Position numbers and translations under genes: made by a program. The notes beneath the pieces are model-generated. The model was not told the origin of the DNA. It made no database searches and was given only the letters and a program-made list of their open reading frames with translations. A stretch of 45,842 bases of DNA from a virus (taxonomy: Duplodnaviria > Caudoviricetes), in the IMG/VR virus record IMGVR_UViG_3300044984_003392, positions 1-45,842 of that record; one strand, 5' to 3'. Of this stretch, positions 44,101 through 45,842 are shown piece after piece (the first letter of the stretch is position 1; each line of letters starts with the position of its first letter).

Positions 44101-45379
44101 GGAGGGCATTAACCTCCGCAGTCCGCTTCCGTCTCTCCAGAACCTCCGGAGTCATACCACCTTCATCCGCCGCTTCACTTACAAGTTCCGGCGCTCCCTG
44201 TCCGAGGCCATTCCGTTCCAGCGCCATACGGACGCGTTCACCGTAGGCAAGTCCCTCCGGCGTTGGCGCGGCATCCAGCCCGTTTCTCAACTGTTCCGAC
44301 TGCAGCGTGGCCAGCACTTGTTCCTGCGGACTCAACGGAGTCGTAATCACAGGAATCGGAGTTTCCCCCTCTACCAACTCCGGCGGCAGTCCTTGCAATT
44401 CCGCTTGCAGCCGTTGTTCAATCACAGCCAGTTCCCGCCCTGCCGCGCTCTCCTCAAAAGCTGCCTCCGCCGCCTTGCCCTTCGCCAGCTGGATTGCCTT
44501 AACCCCAGGCGCCAACATCGGCACCATCATCATGCCTACAACCCCGGCCTCCCCAGCATTAACCGCGATCTGCCCAGCTGTCAGATTTGTAAGTCCTTGA
44601 TAATTCGTCACCGTATCGTCATACAGGCTTGTCGCGGCTTCCTGCGCAAACTCCCCCACTCCAACCTTCCCCAGCGTCTTCAAGCCACCGGCTCCAACCC
44701 CCTTGATATATTTCATCACAGGGCCGAGGGTTGTCAGTTCCAGCGCGGACGCCACCGCCCCGTGGGCAAGCGCCGGCAATTCCGCTTCATCCGGAGTCTG
44801 GTTAAAGTTATCCCGTCTATGAACATAATCCCCTGCTGTCTCCAGAGCCATGTTCGTCCCTACACCTACACCAATCGCCCCAGCTACTGGGAGAAAGGGG
44901 GCAGCGGCAAGCGCTGGCAAACTTCCCGGAACGGACTGAACCGCCTGCCCGACCAGCTTCGCAGCCGGAGAATCCTCCTTCTGCGCTTCCTTAATAATCC
45001 CAGCCGCAATCGAGCGCTCCCCTTTCAGCTGGGCCAGCCGTGCCTGATTCTCGGAAGTATTACGACTATCTTCATCCAGCACCCTCTCACGAATAAAGGT
45101 CTCTGGCATGTTCAGCAGCGTCTGTTGCGCCCCGACTGCAAACTGAGTCCCAATCTCCTTCGGGGTAATCTGCGGATCGGCAATCGCCTTCCGCGAGAGA
45201 TCCCCCATCGGATCAGCGAAATTGACGTCCGTTTCCTCTCTCGGATCGTACGTTTTAGCAGCGGAAACAGGAGTAACGTCATCCACTTTCCAGGGGCCAG
45301 CAGCCGCAGCCGTATCATCAACCTTCCAAGGGGTTTCCCCCGCGGCCACTGTATCATCAATCTTCCACGGAGTTGCCAT
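38150..45379 (-). CDS. Large polyvalent internal virion protein (~2409 aa) with zincin-like, ART-PolyVal-like and PLxRFG-like domains
   Basis: ALTHEFGH plus FDEYMAEQF; VLEIQSD; FKRW...GNPLVVYRG...FWFSD...GYDGVVLKN...YAVFNPEQ; FVPQGNFGRY; TAATG coupling at 45379. Confidence 0.85.
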   Translation of the reverse strand: MATPWKIDDTVAAGETPWKVDDTAAAAGPWKVDDVTPVSAAKTYDPREETDVNFADPMGDLSRKAIADPQITPKEIGTQFAVGAQQTLLNMPETFIRERVLDEDSRNTSENQARLAQLKGERSIAAGIIKEAQKEDSPAAKLVGQAVQSVPGSLPALAAAPFLPVAGAIGVGVGTNMALETAGDYVHRRDNFNQTPDEAELPALAHGAVASALELTTLGPVMKYIKGVGAGGLKTLGKVGVGEFAQEAATSLYDDTVTNYQGLTNLTAGQIAVNAGEAGVVGMMMVPMLAPGVKAIQLAKGKAAEAAFEESAAGRELAVIEQRLQAELQGLPPELVEGETPIPVITTPLSPQEQVLATLQSEQLRNGLDAAPTPEGLAYGERVRMALERNGLGQGAPELVSEAADEGGMTPEVLERRKRTAEVNALPFDLRPITGSTDGAVLGLNLQQVGEVQAGAVVMIGENQELFPKEVYVPMLDSIAAWVQKYMPNARVILNLEQLGEGKFGAHVPVLNEATGEWTHVITPREMPSFKYQGGDVQTRMAVVTALTHEFGHALKVQNFYSGMLEKGMDGKGLNALKGLIQQGNVPVALLDSMAQIAPEEAGLLREWQEIRGKVLSGELTAREFVESWVGTRKLGDSVNPLRSAKNKSLYSWAERMLARKEKTLDNSTALELMEAAYHDPLSNVPYDPTTDLNFDEYMAEQFSRAAWQAGDLQGSALGKFFSRTMEQLRDLFRMLKTSKGVDGERIIAPGTTFQAWLEGQTRRAAAMEKGDGKFVLSKKVKAAQKKLLAEKGLTPTGKKSKAKPKAKPPEQVPVPEYINAVEVDEKSILEDMAYGLESAGNITAAQLERYLDKIQRGELTAVRTSLQRILGEDVNWDREYTSKVLDKLPNKDKIKAETLRAYIKMGDVKAQERAMWEEFLKWHPNGFSLQQAKWALEQEMMPLEPRFYTDVYAFDVDYGANRVGFSPLSSTASAIVWEAPIQVEGWNHFRNTNYVAHSRRVDQGDERFVLEIQSDLMQRRDTPQGMENETLWDTVSDTTAAFNHVDGLLEEVRDFQETGDFPIGLDGDYLSTARYYQDQVEIQHALNVKDIGLLENLLDAIQAYRKFQMNEAVDLAKQDRENVWWDTKKLQKMKNDWWQRIIREEVAQANKDGRGRLHFPTADTLAKVEAWTYDVDEGFGPNQGIYDRYKRDIAKFLKREYGAVLVEEHGNEWLAFDPSHYGESVIAFDRENPYGSRSPEVVLAEFAGLSQEEFRNPTRVAEAAGFWGRLGFESPYFKRWGGNTQVRGADGNPLVVYRGAGGKVTLLDKVKAFWFSDNQANAQWYAEQAQKRKYEEKVVPAQAVVQGHYLNMVNPLVVDMESQKYDASIHGKLVEQALAGGYDGVVLKNTFDPLGGTLYAVFNPEQAVVSSNLEKLDETDVMHWDQESQGQQGARAVSKLLQKFWGKEKLTAGNVYAKMVDSLMQLQQVAAGQSEDYNLQTFMKKLGKGMQLKNNLLKPAEDLVQKLSSIVGQSAERVGKLHGILKAEWKSGQLQTSLKGYDHQGQEVWSEEMGMGLEQQAQVERWEVQDTLALREWMKKQGVDVTTEEGGHILDLYLENRNLFLYHFNELGKWLKRQAAQAYVNAPELQKRELGKINELVTGLLLSPFVPQGNFGRYVLVVKQDQGPVAFGQRRMKVVFRKHYERKADFDVAYRAALKANATNLGVQVSSQVLEEQTGIPMQLPNDLLERLGHTGEFTDEGLETLANVMSVSKYSRIAEKYEKITAQLPGGEENYTRVLADFAGRNANYIWKMQYRYELQQSISASKHLVRRLEKGGMMEAEAQAATVDRARRNIAMMQSSLGYLMNPPAELQGMRSFITLVYLAYNVKTALMNVSTTINTWAAVTSEYGEVQGNVEFAKSLKQTGELLLYRSRREAALAKGEAQPTLDDAMMSELTAVLDQATQDGVIDQSYAYYLAAQADSGALLSATKGKMSQVGHAISELGMMPFQATEKLNRIHSLITFYKLERKAGGNTREAYGRAVQKTNLLQNAYDQANRPELFRGKKAALTMFMSYVQFMGWISTGGYERAARAQAATLGRSMAPAYRGTTAKIWLMFLLLGGLMGVPFARNMMDIVQWLWRKLGFGNAEAELRAFMDDLGMDENWALHRLMHKLGWSADVGMHGLLHNVGGFSTSGSFGLGRMLPGTDLLVKEREMNALETIGSLVTASSGPAGNFYKSVLDAIGTVGGDPLSGRAWVEGAKKMPGAIGNVSKAVDMELRQRLKPTYGVTSKDGRRMTWDEGQGKFRDITTAEILGQALGFAPTILVENRARNFAVQSEVYYWQGRRSDLMDRYWQAVRSGDEKLRTEVVKAQDEFSKNVPDRKLRITQKDRNESIRTHKKQVAAGEKFGTTQKKYRGVAEGVAESY

Positions 45380-45842
45380 TATGATGCCTTCCAAGTATAG
45401 GATGAACGAAGGTCAGGATTCTTACCAGGGGTCAAAACCCAAGTACCTTTCCCTTGACCAGCCGGGGTAGCTGTAGACGATGCCGCCGCTGGCTTCTTCC
45501 CCTTCAGCACGATCGTCTTCATCTCCTCCATAGCTGCGGCCCGATCCTCATCAGTCCCATTGTCGATAATCGATTTCAGCGCGATGATCCTTTCCCCCTT
45601 CTGAGTCCCCATATGCTCCAGGGTTGCCGCCGACACCTGCTGATCCGTCATAGCCGGATTTGCCTGCTTGATCAAACTCTTGAGCTGATTCTCTTTCGCC
45701 TGTGTCCCTGCCGAAGCCTGATCATCCACAGCGAAATAATCTCGCGCTTGCTGCTTCTGCTCCGGAGTGCCAGAAACCGCCCACTGACGCATCTTCGCAG
45801 CTTCTTTCTTGTCACTCGTACCAGCCCGGCTACTCTCCGCCG
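45379..45842 (-). CDS. Putative internal virion/ejection protein, 3' part (joins 1-874)
   Basis: Same peptide as the end of the 874-1 frame, read through the terminal overlap; TAA at 45379. Confidence 0.8.
   Translation of the reverse strand, partial: AESSRAGTSDKKEAAKMRQWAVSGTPEQKQQARDYFAVDDQASAGTQAKENQLKSLIKQANPAMTDQQVSAATLEHMGTQKGERIIALKSIIDNGTDEDRAAAMEEMKTIVLKGKKPAAASSTATPAGQGKGTWVLTPGKNPDLRSSYTWKAS
45630..45842. repeat. Terminal direct repeat, right copy (imperfect)
   Basis: Matches 1-213 with 6 mismatches. Confidence 0.95.

Larger units (their letters stand above)
1..45842. mobile_element. Complete or near-complete podovirus-like dsDNA phage genome (circularly assembled)
   Basis: Terminase, portal, capsid, tail, lysis and replication genes in two divergent arms; the ends overlap by 213 bp and one ORF reads across the junction; no host housekeeping genes seen. 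Confidence 0.95.

Overview
The window is an essentially complete dsDNA tailed-phage genome with podovirus-like architecture. It is about 45.6 kb once the 213-bp terminal overlap (1-213 vs 45630-45842, 6 mismatches) is collapsed. The minus strand carries the morphogenesis arm: terminase small and large subunits, portal, scaffold, major capsid, lysis genes, a glycosyltransferase, adaptor, a sialidase-type tail fibre plus two accessory receptor-binding genes, nozzle, ejection proteins and a ~2400-aa polyvalent protein. The plus strand carries early genes and a replication/recombination arm: Cas4-like nuclease, Sak4-like ATPase, SSB-like protein, ParB-methyltransferase fusion, a family A DNA polymerase split by an HNH gene, and a DUF3987-type helicase. 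I recognised no integrase, CI-type repressor, RNA polymerase, primase, tRNA or CRISPR array; the promoters I found are sigma70-like. The host is probably a proteobacterium (inference). The most notable observations are five. (1) A dispersed 34-bp palindrome, ATGGGGAnnnTAAT-N6-ATTAnnnTCCCCAT, occurs at six intergenic or promoter sites. (2) A candidate origin has two inverted GCAAT arrays with mirror-image graded spacing around an AT-rich core. (3) The PolA is split without an apparent intron, has a catalytically eroded UDG domain and has His at the 762 position. (4) Two paralogous early proteins each sit under their own promoter. (5) Adjacent ejection proteins share a C-terminal tag. All family assignments come from motif recognition by eye; no database searches were run.
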